A stretch of DNA of 64,000 nucleotides from the NCBI RefSeq assembly GCF_046119375.1, contig NW_027366690.1, forward strand, positions 1 to 64,000, in the 5' to 3' direction. The notes beneath the pieces are model-generated. The model saw nothing but the letters and a program-made list of their open reading frames with translations. It made no database searches and was not told the DNA's origin. Positions 14,098 through 25,826 of the stretch are shown here, in pieces (position 1 is the stretch's first letter; every line of letters starts with the position of its first letter). The position numbers and the translations under genes are program-made. Origin of the DNA: Phyllobates terribilis. Lineage: Eukaryota.

Positions 14098-17000
14098 TGA
14101 AGCGAGGAGCAAGTGGTATATCGACAGTGGGTGCTCTTGTCATATGAAAGGGGGTCCTAATTTTCTACTCTCGCTTCAATCAAGCGAAGGAGGCTCCATA
14201 TCATTCGGAGACAAGAAACAAGGACGCATCAAGGCCACTGGAAGCGTTCAGCCCACCCCCAATATTCAAGTACGCAATGTGAGCTTAGTAGACAGCCTCA
14301 GATTCAACCTCCTGAGTGTCGCTCAAATCTGTGATCAAGGTCCAAACGAAGTGACGTTCACTACTTCAGAATACTTTGTCAAAGACTCGTATAAGGAGGT
14401 AATTATGAAAGGTAAGAGGGTCAATATTACTTATCTTTTTTATCACTACTTTGTTCCCTCCAAACACCTCTGTCTAGCGACCCTGGAAGAACAGTCAAAT
14501 TTGTGGCATCAACGACTAGGGCATGCTAGCCTTCATCTCCTACACAAGTTACAAGCCAAGGAGTTGGTAAGGGGACTACCAGATATAAAGCCAGATACAA
14601 TGACTCACTGCTCAGAGTGCGCTAGAGCCAAGATTACAAGGAAATCATTAGCGCCCCTCAAGAAGTCAGTTACTACAAAGCGACCCTTGGAACTGCTTCA
14701 CATGGACTTATGCGGCCCCATTCGCCTTCAGAGTACTGGAGGTAAGCAATATATTTTTGTAATTGTTGATGACTTTTCCCGTTTTACCTGGACACTTTTC
14801 CTTAGAACTAAGGATGAGGCCTTTGAGGAGTTCTCAACTTTAGTTCTACTTCTTGAAAAGCAACTAGGGGTCCCTCTCAGCTCTATTCGCTCAGACCATG
14901 GGCTAGAGTTCGAGAACGGACAATTCTTACAATTTTGCAGGGAATGCGACATTCATCACAATTTCTCAGCACCTCGTACTCCTCAACAAAACGGTGTAGT
15001 GGAGCGCAAAAGCAGGACGATGGAGGAGATGGCGCGCACAATGTTACTGGGCAGCTCCCTTCCACAACACTACTGGGCACAAGCGGTTAGTACTGCATGC
15101 TATATCATGAACCGTGCAATGCTAAGACCGATCCTTGAGAAGACGCCTTACGAGCTCATCAAAGGAAAGACTCCAAACCTGTCACACCTACGCGTTTTTG
15201 GTTGTAAGTGCTACGTGCACAATAACGGTAAGGATGACCTAGGTAAATTTGATGCTAGAAACGATGAGGCTGTTTTTCTTGGATATTCTTCTTCCAGTAA
15301 ATGTTACATAGTGCTTAACAAACGTACAAGAAAGGTGGAGGAGAGCATCCATGTTTCCTTCGACGAGCGCCCAAATCCAGAGGTCGCTGCGAGTGAAGAT
15401 GATACAAGCGAGGCTACTCCAATTATCATGCCTTCTCACCGTCCTTCCTTAGTCTCATCTCATGTGACGGACAGTGACGATGATGAGGCAGCTCCCTAGG
15501 CTCCCTCACATACAGGCGCACAAGGAGACAGCCCCGACCTCGATGACGCAGAAGAGGACACTCAGGAAGAGGCAACTGAAGAGGATCCCCTAACCGATGA
15601 AGGCACCAATCCAGGTGAAGACGTGGTAGTTCCCCCTGTCGCTAGCTCAAGCAATCTACCTGTGTCAGCGACTCCTTTCACGTTTTCTTCACTAGATCGT
15701 TCAGCCTCTACTTCGACAAGGCAAGGCCCAGGGAGACCCTCCAAGCACAAAGGAAGGCCCCCCAAAGCCACAACACCATCGAAGAAGGCTTCAGCGACCC
15801 TACTAACGGACGCTTCTGCAGCCGCACCGCCTTCAGCGACTCCAGCCTCATCTTCAGCAACCCAGCCTCCTGCTTCAGCGACCCCAGCACCACCGTCAAC
15901 CTCTACTTTTGCCTCGGCTTCACTTGACCTGATTTCTGAAGCCTTGACGATGAATACCAGGAACTACCAGCAGAAGAGTTCCCACAAGCCTGACCAGATT
16001 CTCACCCCCTTCTCCGACCGAGTCTTCACACGCTCTCAACTCCATAATTTGGCGGCCTTCCATTCCTTTGTGTCCCTTGTAGAGCCAAAGAATATCAAGG
16101 AAGCCCTCCAGCACCCGGATTGGATAGTAGCCATGCAAGAGGAGCTACAGGAATTCGTGCAACACAAAGTTTGGCGACTTGTTCCAAGGCCTCCCAACAA
16201 GTCCATTATAGGGACGTGTTGGGTGTTTAGGAACAAGTTGGAAGACTTAGGCACCATTGTGAGAAACAAAGCGAGACTGGTAGCGCAAGGATGCAGTCAG
16301 CAAGAGGGCATCGATTATGACGAGACCTACGCTCCCGTAGCTCGCCTAGAAGCCATCCGCCTCTTGATCGCTTTTGCAGCCTTGAAGAATTTCAAGCTAC
16401 ATCAGATGGACGTGAAGACAGCTTTCTTGAACGGCAGCCTGAACGAGGAAGTCTATGTCAAGCAACCTCCAGGTTTCGAGGATCCCGACTTTCCAGACAA
16501 TGTTTACTTCCTCGACAATGCACTCTATGGCCTGAAGCAAGCCCCTCGGGCGTGGTATGACTGCCTATCCGAGTTCCTGATCAAGCATAATTACCGAAGG
16601 GGCGCTGTGGACAAGACGTTGTTCATTAGGGAGCTTAAAGGGGACCTCATTATTGTTCAAGTCTACGTCGACGACATCATTTTTTTCTCAACTAACGACG
16701 ATCTTGTACAAGACTTCAGGGAGACTATGTCCTCACGCTTCAACATGAGTCTTATAGGGGAGCTTAACTACTTCATCGGCTTACAAGTTACTCAGAAGAA
16801 GGAAGGTATCTAGATTCATCAACAGAAATACTTGCGCGAGATTCTGAAGAAGTTTTCTATGGACACGAGCAAGCCCTTTCCTACTCCCATCTCCACCACT
16901 ACGAAGCTGGACGCAGACCTGAGTGGAGAGAAGGTGGACGAGACTGCATACAGAGGGATAGTAGGGTCCCTTATGTATCTCACTGCCTCGCGACCTGATA

Positions 17001-17608
17001 TTGTATTTGTTGTGAGCTTATGCGCGAGAGCCCAGAGCGACCCAAGGGCCAGTCACCTTCAGAATATCAAGCGGATTTTCCGTTACTTGAATGGCACTGA
17101 GAACCTATGTCTTTGATATCCTAAGGGAGGCTCACTGTCTCTCATAGGGTATTCAGACGCTGACTACGCCGGGTACCTCGTGGATCGCAAGAGTACTTCT
17201 GGAATGGCCCAATTCCTGGGTCCCTCACTCGTCTCTTGGGTCTCAAAGAAGCAAAACTGCATAGCGACCTCGACTACGGAAGCCGAATACATTGCAGCGG
17301 CCCTTTGCGCGTCCCAAGTGGTTTGGCTCAAGCAACAATTGGTGGACTTTGGCTTCACGCTTGGCACTATAGAGATCTGATGTGACAACACGAGCGCCAT
17401 CAACATGTCCGAGAACCCTGTCCATCATGCGAGGACCAAACACATTGATGTTCGACATCACTTCCTTAGAGATCACGTGGAGAAGAAGAATATTAAGCTC
17501 ACTTTCTGCAGAACTGAGGAGCAGGTCGCTGACATATTCACCAAGCCTCTAAACAGGTTGCCCTTCCTCCACCTAAGGTTGCTTCTGGGAATGATCCCTA
17601 TTGACTGA
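14098..17608 (+). pseudogene. SIRE pol (PR-INT-RT-RNaseH), single frame broken by four in-frame stops
   Basis: ORFs starting at 14144, 15623, 16832, 17180 and 17405 are all in the same frame. Begins near WYIDSGCSCHM. Confidence 0.9.
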
Positions 17609-17986
17609 GGTAATCATGGTAAACATGATAAGTTCCATCCATATTGACTAACTTATGCATATTTGTACTTCATATGGGGAACTTTAGGAATGACTGCATA
17701 GTATACTTAAGGAGTTTCGAGAGTTCCCTATGTGTTGTACTTTGACTGCATTTTGATGATGTCAAAAGGGGGAATTTTGAAATGTGCATTTAGGAATGTT
17801 ATTCTATTCCCAAAGTCAAGAAGGATTCAAACCCACGTCTTGATCTAAGGGGGAATGAAAGGCAAGCTGAAGAAAGGTAAGGTGATGTGTAAGTGAGCTT
17901 GTTTCATTGTTCTATCTGTTTAAGCGAGATATTATTCAAATTCATATGTTATCTTTGTGAATGAGTCAAATAAGTTTGAAATCATC

Positions 17987-18000
17987 AAAAAGGGGGAAAT
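17987..18000 (+). other. Polypurine tract
   Basis: aaaaagggggaaat immediately precedes the 3' LTR. Extra PPT-like tracts lie at about 17675, 17763 and 17846. Confidence 0.9.
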
Positions 18001-18768
18001 TGTTAGTAAAGTTGAGGTAGCTTAAACTATGTTCCTTAGTTTTGATGAGATCAAACTTAGACATTTTATTGGAACTCAAAGTGTATGCAGAGTTCAAGGT
18101 AGCTTGAAGGTAGCTTGAAGTGATTTGAAGGTCGCTTAAAGCTTTGGTGATAATAATGTTCAGCGAGACTAAGGACGCTGGAGTTATCAAGCTAAATAGA
18201 GTCAATCTGGTAGAAGACTCAAAGAGCGATCTAAAATGCTTTATAACTGAGCAAGCGCGAAGAGAAACCAGGCATCAAGAGTTTTGCACGTGTTGAATGA
18301 ATTCTTGAAGAGCAAGTTGCAGTTGGTTGTTGCAGCGCGCGCGTCAGAAGTAGTTAGCCAGCTAAATACGTGTCAAGATAGGATTGGGTGAAGTGAAGTA
18401 GCGCTTAATGGCCCAACGAAGTCCTTCTTGTCAGCCAATGGGAAATAAGCACGTTTGTAAATTCCGTATTGGGTTTTAGCTAGCTTTTGTGATGTTCTAT
18501 ATATAGCTTAGGATTAAGCTTGAATAGAAGTTAATCGTAAATTGTAATTGAGAGTCTTTGAGTGTATTGCTTTGTGCTGTGTGAGACAAAAGAGAGAGAA
18601 TAGTCGTCCTTTTGTAAACACAGTTCAAGAAAGATTGAATACATCAAAGAGAGAATTATACAGAAATTGTTCTTGTTCGTTCAACAGTATAGCTTCTCTC
18701 TTCCGCCATTGTTCCAAGTGTTAAGCTTCCTTAAGCCAAACTCGTTGGATAAACTCACCGATCCTACG
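18001..18768 (+). repeat. 3' LTR of the env-less SIRE (768 bp)
   Basis: Near-identical to 11291-12051. The terminal CA is mutated to CG. Confidence 0.95.
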
Positions 18769-19252
18769 TATCCAATGGTGATAATTCAGCTGAAGAGTAC
18801 CGAGTGTGATGCGCATCCGGATTAGCACGCGAAATTGCTAGGTGGGCGCCACTCTGACAGATCAATGAGAATCAGTAGAGGTCCAATCAAAACACAACAG
18901 TGATCCAATGACCAGAAACCATGCAACGAGCCACGAGAAAAAAAACTGTCACGAACACCTTACAAACAACCATGCACCTGGAAAAAGTCTTAATATACTT
19001 CAACTACTTCATTTAGGAGGATCTAAATTTGGACAAAAAGGAGGTTTTATGATTAAGATCTGTATGACATCTTATATGAGATGATCAAAATAAATCACGT
19101 TCAACTGATATTAATTTGCGTTCTTATTTAGTATTAGCGCATCATCAAATTGAGAAATATGAGAGTAATTTTGATCACGCCTGTATAATCTATCAATTTT
19201 CTAATCGTGTTTTTGATTTTCACCGTTCTTATTTAGTATTAAAACACGGTCT

Positions 19253-19476
19253 TAAGTTGTGTTTGTCATAGTGGTAGAGTTTGACATAGCGGTAGAGGTA
19301 GCGGTTAAACTAGCGTTTTTTGAAAAGCTAATGGAAATAGCATTCGAAAAAGTAGCGGTTGAAATGCTAATAATATGAAAAGAGACTTTGACCGCTACTC
19401 TCCAAACACCATTATTTTTTTAAAATGTTAAACTCTATGTCAAATGCTACTTTGTATGCCTTATCAAACTCGCTAA
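19253..19476. mobile_element. Tourist/PIF-Harbinger-like MITE
   Basis: TAA flanks, degenerate TIRs (gttgtgtttgtcata / tatcaaactcgc) and an internal inverted repeat (gtagagtttgacatag / ctatgtcaaatgctac). Confidence 0.45.
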
Positions 19477-19564
19477 TATGGCGACATTATTTCAATTTGT
19501 CCGACTCCATTATTATTCGTCGTTTTGAGTGATATACCGCAAGATCTGTCAGATTAAAACATAA

Positions 19565-22500
19565 CTAGCATATATCCCGTGTCATGCACGAGAATATTTT
19601 AATATATAAATTATAAATAATATTTTTATAAAAGAGTTTATCATAGATGTGATATTTGATTAAGTTGTGAGATTTGATGAGATGATAAATAGTTATTAGA
19701 TAAAATAGTGATACATGGTGAATAATATTACTATAATTCAAATAATATATAAAAATGACCCACTCTAAATTTAAACGAAAATTTTATTTATGAATAAAAT
19801 ATTTTATTTTTCCGAAAGTTTTTTTAAAAAAAATTCACAAAAATTTGTTTTATTTTGTATACAACATAAAATATAAATTATGGTAGTTTTAAATCTTAGG
19901 AAAGAAATGTAGTTTATAATGGTATTCATTATATATTAAAATATATGTCTATATATATGTTTGATATAGTTATTAAGTGAAAATAATCTAAATTTATAAA
20001 AGAATTTTTAACATTTTAATTATTAAGTTATTTTTTAGAAGAATCATTTAAATCTAATAATTAAACAGATTAAGATAAAATTATCTTCGAAATGTATTCC
20101 TATAAATGTGGGAGTTTATGTATAAATATTAATCTAATAAGAGATTCTCACAATAATTTGTGTTCTTAAATGGAAAATCGGTTAAGAATAAGATCTGATT
20201 AATAAAAAATAATATATAAAATGCTAGCTTTAATATATAGGTGATGGAAAAAAGAAAAAATATCAAATCAATAAAAGGAGAGATAATAGTGTGGCAAATA
20301 GTGGATGGACACATAATCAGCTATATGACCAAAACTCTTGAGAAGACTTTAAATAAGTCTATTTTAATATATAGTATATACATATGACAATGTTTAATAT
20401 GAAATGAGTATATTAATATAAAATATTTTATTTTGCTCAAAGTGTTTTAAAAAAGGTGTCACAAAAATAGATTCAATAAGAAAAGTATACCTGATAAATA
20501 ATTGGCTAAAATTAAGGAGAAATTGATAAATTTAATATATATATGTTGTATTGATTTTATTAGATTTTATTGATCTCATAAATAAATATCACTATAATAA
20601 GAAATTTTAGGAACAATATATGTACTTAAATAGAAAATCTGTTAAGAATAAGACTTGATAAGATTTGAATAATAAAAAATAATATATCTAATTGTAGCTT
20701 TAATATATATAGGTGATGGAAAAAATATATTAAAATATTAATAAAGAGAAGAGAGAGTAGTGTGATAAATAGCGAATGAACACATAAGTAATGGTGAGGT
20801 CTAAATTTTATGAGATGTATTTTTGTAATAAAATAATATAAAATACCTATAAATTTTATGTATAGATTAGATATATTTTTATAATAAAATAATACAAAAT
20901 AGTGCATATTGATAAAGTTTTCAATAACATCTTTTAGATTTTTCTTAGTTAGAAGATGATATTTTAATTTTTTTATATTGTACTATCATAGGATAAAAGC
21001 GATTCTAGGAGATAAGTTTTACGATAAACTACAATAAAAACAAGATAAAATTCTTTTATAAATTATATGATATACATGAGACATATTTTTATAATAAAAT
21101 AACATAAAATATTGCATATTGATACAATTTCCATTTACACTTTTATACTTTTTTTAATTACAAGATAACTTTTAGTTGTTTTATATTGTACTATTATAAT
21201 ATAAGAGAAAGTTTAGGAGATGTAGTTTTGAAATAAATTAAAATAAATAAAATTTTATAAAAAATAACATTATATTATACTATCATATGATAAAGAGGAT
21301 TCTAGAAGATATAATTTTACAATGAAAACATCTTTTATAACTTATATGATATACATGAGATGTATTTTTGTAATAAAATAATATAAATGGTGCAAATTAA
21401 TATAATTTTCATTAAAACTTTTTTTATATTTTTTTAATTAGAAGATGATCTCTTAATTTATTTTATAATGTACTATCATAAAATAAGAGAGATTTAGGAG
21501 ATATAGTTTTAAACTAAACTAAACTAAACTAAAATCTTATAAAAAAACAATATCATATTATATTTTATAAGATAAGAGAGATTTTAGGAGATATAATTTG
21601 ATATAATATTGTATTATCATAAGATAAGAGATATTTAGGAGATATAATTTTATAATAAACTAAAAATAAAATATTCTAAACTTATATATGGTCGTGCCAT
21701 GCATAGAAAATAATATTTATATATTAAATAATATTTTATAAATTCTTGTACATATTCTTATAATATATATTTTAATATTATATACATGATTTATAAATAT
21801 CATTTTATAAATCATGTATATAATTGATAAATTATTTATTTATAAATCACTATTATTTTAATATATTAAATAATTCTTATTAATATGTTAGATAAAATTA
21901 TTTTTATTTATAATTCTAGTGTATATCATATATGTTTTATATATTTTATTTATATCTCCTATTACTTATACATGGTCGTGCCATGCATAGAATATAATAT
22001 TTATATATTAAATAATATTTTATAAATTCTTGTACACATTTTTATAATATATATTTTAATATTATATACATGATTTATAAATATTATTTTATAAATCATG
22101 TATATAATTGATAAATTATTTATTATATATCAATATTATTTTAATATATTAAATAATTCTTGTTAATATGTTAAATAAAATTATTTTTATTTATAATTCT
22201 AGTGTATATCATATGTGTTTTATATATTTTATTTATAACTCCTATAATAGAAGATATAAAATCATTTTTTATATTCTAGTGTATTATAGAATGGTGCATA
22301 CTTGTTGATGATAACCAAAATTATTTATTTTAATTTATTATAAAATATTCTAAATAATTTATTATAAAATATTATTTATTATTTATTATATATTTATAAA
22401 AAATCAAAATTATATATCCTATATATAATATTATTTTATAAAATTATTTATAAAAATAATTCTTCTACAATTGGATATATATAATTAGATTGTAAAATAA

Positions 22501-22784
22501 TATTTATAAAATCTATAAATACAATAAATAAGAGATATGATTTTATAGACATACGCTAGATTTTATAAAATCTCTTATTAAATAAAAAATCGGTTAAGAA
22601 TAAAATTTGAGAAGATTTGATTAGTATATAAATAATATATCCAAATGATAAAGAAAGAAAAAATTAAAATATTAATAAAGAGGAGAGAGAATAGTGTGAT
22701 AAATAAAAAATTGATATATAATTAATTGTGGGGTCTAAACTCTTGAGAAATATTGAAATATTTTAGATTTAATATATATTAAGA
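19565..22784 (-). mobile_element. Composite non-autonomous Helitron cluster
   Basis: The minus-strand 3' end is hairpin cgtgcatgacacg followed by CTAG|T at 19565. The 5' end is A|TCTTAATATATATTAAA at 22784. Internal copies of the 5' module and 3' hairpin are present and the region is extremely AT-rich. Confidence 0.7.
21681..22248. repeat. Tandem duplication, 284-bp period
   Basis: atggtcgtgccatgcatag starts at 21688 and again at 21972, with high identity across the units. Confidence 0.95.
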
Positions 22785-23225
22785 TACTATACATTTTGTC
22801 CAATTTAATTCATCTCAAGATCAATCTTACGGTGGGACAACTATAAAGAGTTGACCCTCTGCCTGATCGTACCTTTGGTCGCGAATAAAATTACACGTTT
22901 ATAAAGATGTGATGAATTTAATCAGTCGTGAAGGCTAGTTTCTAGACACGAAGAATTCTTCCATTTGCTCACATCACAAAAGTTATTTATTGGTTTGGTT
23001 TGAGCGGTAAAGGGAAATAAATTCTGGAAAACAAAACCCCCCATAAATTCAACGTCGCAAACCTGCCCGGAGTTGAATAAATCCACCTTCTCCACCTTAA
23101 TCAAATTGCATTCACACATATTGAATTTTATATATATGATGATGACATGTCACTTGTATTACTGCAACTCACCAATTTAAATTGATTCTTCTAGATGCAC
23201 TTCCGATAGACCGACGCCAACAATC

Positions 23226-25826
23226 ATGCACCTCAACCGCCTCTGCTACATCCTTCCGGCGGACTCCGACATCGGTGACGAAATTTCCTCTAAGAAGAAC
23301 CCCGCCGGCGCCTTACACCTAAACCGCCTTACCTATGTCCTGCCGGCAAAATCGGAACACCGGCAAGAGAAATCGAGCCGGAATTGCAACGATCAGATTG
23401 TTGCTCTACTAAACAGGATTGTGAAGCCGCTGAATTTCTGCAGCGGAATCCGGAAAAAGCGCGGGAGACCGGGGAGGTTTAGCGGCGCGTTCCATGACGC
23501 GCCGGGGATGCGGCTTTCGAGGAGGAATAACGGAGATAACAACCACGCGAATAACAACAGTCCAAGGATATTCAGCTTCGCCGAGCTGTACATCGGCTCT
23601 AATGGATTCAGCCAAAAAGAGCTGCTCGGAAGCGGGGGATTTGGAAGAGTCTACAAAGCCGCTTTGCCGAGTGACGGCTCTCTAGTAGCGGTTAAGTGCT
23701 TGGCGGAGAAAGGAGAGCATATCGAGAAGACTTTCGCGGCGGAGCTTGTGGCGGTGGCTCATCTCCGCCACCGCAACCTTGTCAGGCTACGCGGTTGGTG
23801 CGTCCATGAAGATCAGCTCCTACTCGTCTACGATTACATGCCGAATCGAAGCCTCGACCGCTTAATTTTCGCGCCATCAACAACGAACCAGAAGAACCGC
23901 GACACGACGCTAGATTGGGAGCGGCGGAAGAAGATAATCCGTGGCCTAGCCGCTGCGCTGTACTACCTCCATGAGCAGCTGGACACGCAAATCATCCACC
24001 GTGACGTTAAATCCAGCAACGTCATGCTCGATTCTCACTTCAACGCCCGTCTCGGCGACTTCGGCTTGGCTCGCTGGCTCGAACACGACTTCAATTCCAA
24101 CCCTAATCCTAACTCCGACCACACTCCCAACGGATTCGAACGAGTCTCGTCTCAATCCAGCCTCACTTCAAACTCAACATCGGTGCTAGATCACCAATTC
24201 CGCCTCGCTGAAACAACAAGAATCGGCGGCACAATCGGATACCTCCCTCCCGAAAGCTTCCAGAGAAAATACATCGCCACTGCCAAATCGGACGTTTTCA
24301 GTTTCGGAATCGTCGCTCTGGAACTCGCCTCAGGAAGACGAGCAGTTGATCTCGCGTACCCCGACGATCACATCGTCTTGCTCGATTCCGTAAGAAGATC
24401 AGCCGACGAAGGAAGCCTCTTACAAGCAGCGGATTCTCGTCTTCTCGACGGATCCTATTCCCTTTCAGAAATGGAAATCTTGATCCATTTAGGTCTCCTC
24501 TGTACCCTCCACGACCCCAAATCCAGACCTAACATGAGATGGATAGTCGAAATGCTTTCAGGCAACGTCATCGGTAAGCTTCCATCTCTCCCAAGCTTCA
24601 AATCACAGCCCCGATACATCTCAATCTCAGGCTCCACCACCAGTAGAAGCAAGATAACAACCTCCTCCTCCTCCGACAAACCTCCAACACCATCAATCTT
24701 CATCACAGCAACCACCGACACCCTATTCCTCACAGCTGAACCGGAATCAACCACAACCGAAAAATCCGGCATGATGAAGGGCTCGAGCGCTGGCAGTAGA
24801 CGTCACCAATTCAACCCTATCCCTACAGTAGAAACCCCAAGAGAAATCTCCTACAACGAAATCGTCGTCGCCACCAACAACTTCTCAGACGAACACCGCG
24901 TAGCCGAAGTCGATTTCGGTACCGCATACCACGGAACCCTCGAAAACCGACACCACGTCATAGTCAAAAGACTAACCATGAAAACCTGCCCTGCATTACG
25001 AGCTCGTTTCTCCACCGAGCTCCAAAACATCGGCCGTCTCCGCCACAGAAACCTAGTACAGCTCCGAGGTTGGTGCACTGAGCACGGAGAAATGCTCGTA
25101 GTCTACGACTACATGGCAACTCGTCTGTTAAGCCACATCCTGTTCCACAACAACCACACGTGTCTGACGTGGCGCCAGCGCTACAACATCATCAAATCAT
25201 TAGCCTCAGCGATCCTCTATCTACACGAGGAATGGGACGAGCAAGTGATACACAGGCACATCACGTCAGCCTCTATAGCGCTCGATCTGGACACGAACCC
25301 AAGACTGACAAGCTTCGCGCTAGCCGAGTTTCTGACGCGAAACGAGCACGGGCATCATGTCGAGAAGGATTCGACCAAGTCGGTTCGGGGGATATTCGGG
25401 TACATGTCGCCCGAGTACATGGAGTCAGGGGAGGCCAACACAGCTGCTGACATCTACAGTTTCGGTGTGGTGGTGGTTGAGGTTGTTACTGGTCAAATGG
25501 CTGTTGACTTTCGTCGCCCTGAGGTTTTGCTTGTGAAGAGACTACATGAGTTTGAGTTGAAGAAGAGGGAAATGGAGGAGCTCGTGGATCAACGATTGGA
25601 TGGTGAGTATGATCGGTTTGAGTTTAGTCGATTGGTGAAGCTCGGGTTGGCTTGTACGCGGTCGAAGCCGGAGGAGAGGCCGAGTATAAGGCAAATTATG
25701 AGCATATTGGATGGGAATGATTCAGGGTTTATACAGGGGAAGAAAGAGAAAGGAGATGAATGGAGGCAGAGGAATGCTGCTGCATTGGCTTTGACTAGGA
25801 GAATCCAAGCACTTGGAATTCAATGA
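23226..25826 (+). CDS. LECRKS2: Receptor-like protein kinase S.2 type (no lectin or TM domain; kinase plus pseudokinase), 866 aa, intronless
   Basis: Single ORF. Domain 1 has GSGGFG, VAVK, HRDVKSSN, DFG and GGTIGYLPPE. Domain 2 has EVDFGTAY, HRHITS and TSFAL. N-terminus MHLNRLCYILP and C-terminus RRIQALGIQ are typical of the family. Confidence 0.95.
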   Translation: MHLNRLCYILPADSDIGDEISSKKNPAGALHLNRLTYVLPAKSEHRQEKSSRNCNDQIVALLNRIVKPLNFCSGIRKKRGRPGRFSGAFHDAPGMRLSRRNNGDNNHANNNSPRIFSFAELYIGSNGFSQKELLGSGGFGRVYKAALPSDGSLVAVKCLAEKGEHIEKTFAAELVAVAHLRHRNLVRLRGWCVHEDQLLLVYDYMPNRSLDRLIFAPSTTNQKNRDTTLDWERRKKIIRGLAAALYYLHEQLDTQIIHRDVKSSNVMLDSHFNARLGDFGLARWLEHDFNSNPNPNSDHTPNGFERVSSQSSLTSNSTSVLDHQFRLAETTRIGGTIGYLPPESFQRKYIATAKSDVFSFGIVALELASGRRAVDLAYPDDHIVLLDSVRRSADEGSLLQAADSRLLDGSYSLSEMEILIHLGLLCTLHDPKSRPNMRWIVEMLSGNVIGKLPSLPSFKSQPRYISISGSTTSRSKITTSSSSDKPPTPSIFITATTDTLFLTAEPESTTTEKSGMMKGSSAGSRRHQFNPIPTVETPREISYNEIVVATNNFSDEHRVAEVDFGTAYHGTLENRHHVIVKRLTMKTCPALRARFSTELQNIGRLRHRNLVQLRGWCTEHGEMLVVYDYMATRLLSHILFHNNHTCLTWRQRYNIIKSLASAILYLHEEWDEQVIHRHITSASIALDLDTNPRLTSFALAEFLTRNEHGHHVEKDSTKSVRGIFGYMSPEYMESGEANTAADIYSFGVVVVEVVTGQMAVDFRRPEVLLVKRLHEFELKKREMEELVDQRLDGEYDRFEFSRLVKLGLACTRSKPEERPSIRQIMSILDGNDSGFIQGKKEKGDEWRQRNAAALALTRRIQALGIQ

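Larger units (their letters stand above)
11291..18768 (+). mobile_element. Full-length SIRE (Sirevirus) Ty1/copia element without env-like ORF, ~7.5 kb
   Basis: Paired LTRs, PBS at 12054-12065, extended gag, and pol with [33 protein letters not shown] and KHIDVRHHFLRDHV. Multiple PPTs. Flanks are GATCC/TATCC (4 of 5 TSD match). Confidence 0.95.

Noticed and set aside
10655-18956. Possible solo LTR (TGTTCG...CAACA on the minus strand, with a TATA-like ctatttataaa) split by the SIRE insertion
   Set aside because: The candidate flanks (ttcta / cctta) do not form a TSD and there is no second copy in the window.
21511-21534. (AAACT)4 microsatellite
   Set aside because: Short simple repeat inside the Helitron array and not telomeric (TTTAGGG).
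23393-25450. Several antisense and alternative-frame ORFs over the kinase
   Set aside because: Expected shadows of a GC-rich coding region, with no motifs.
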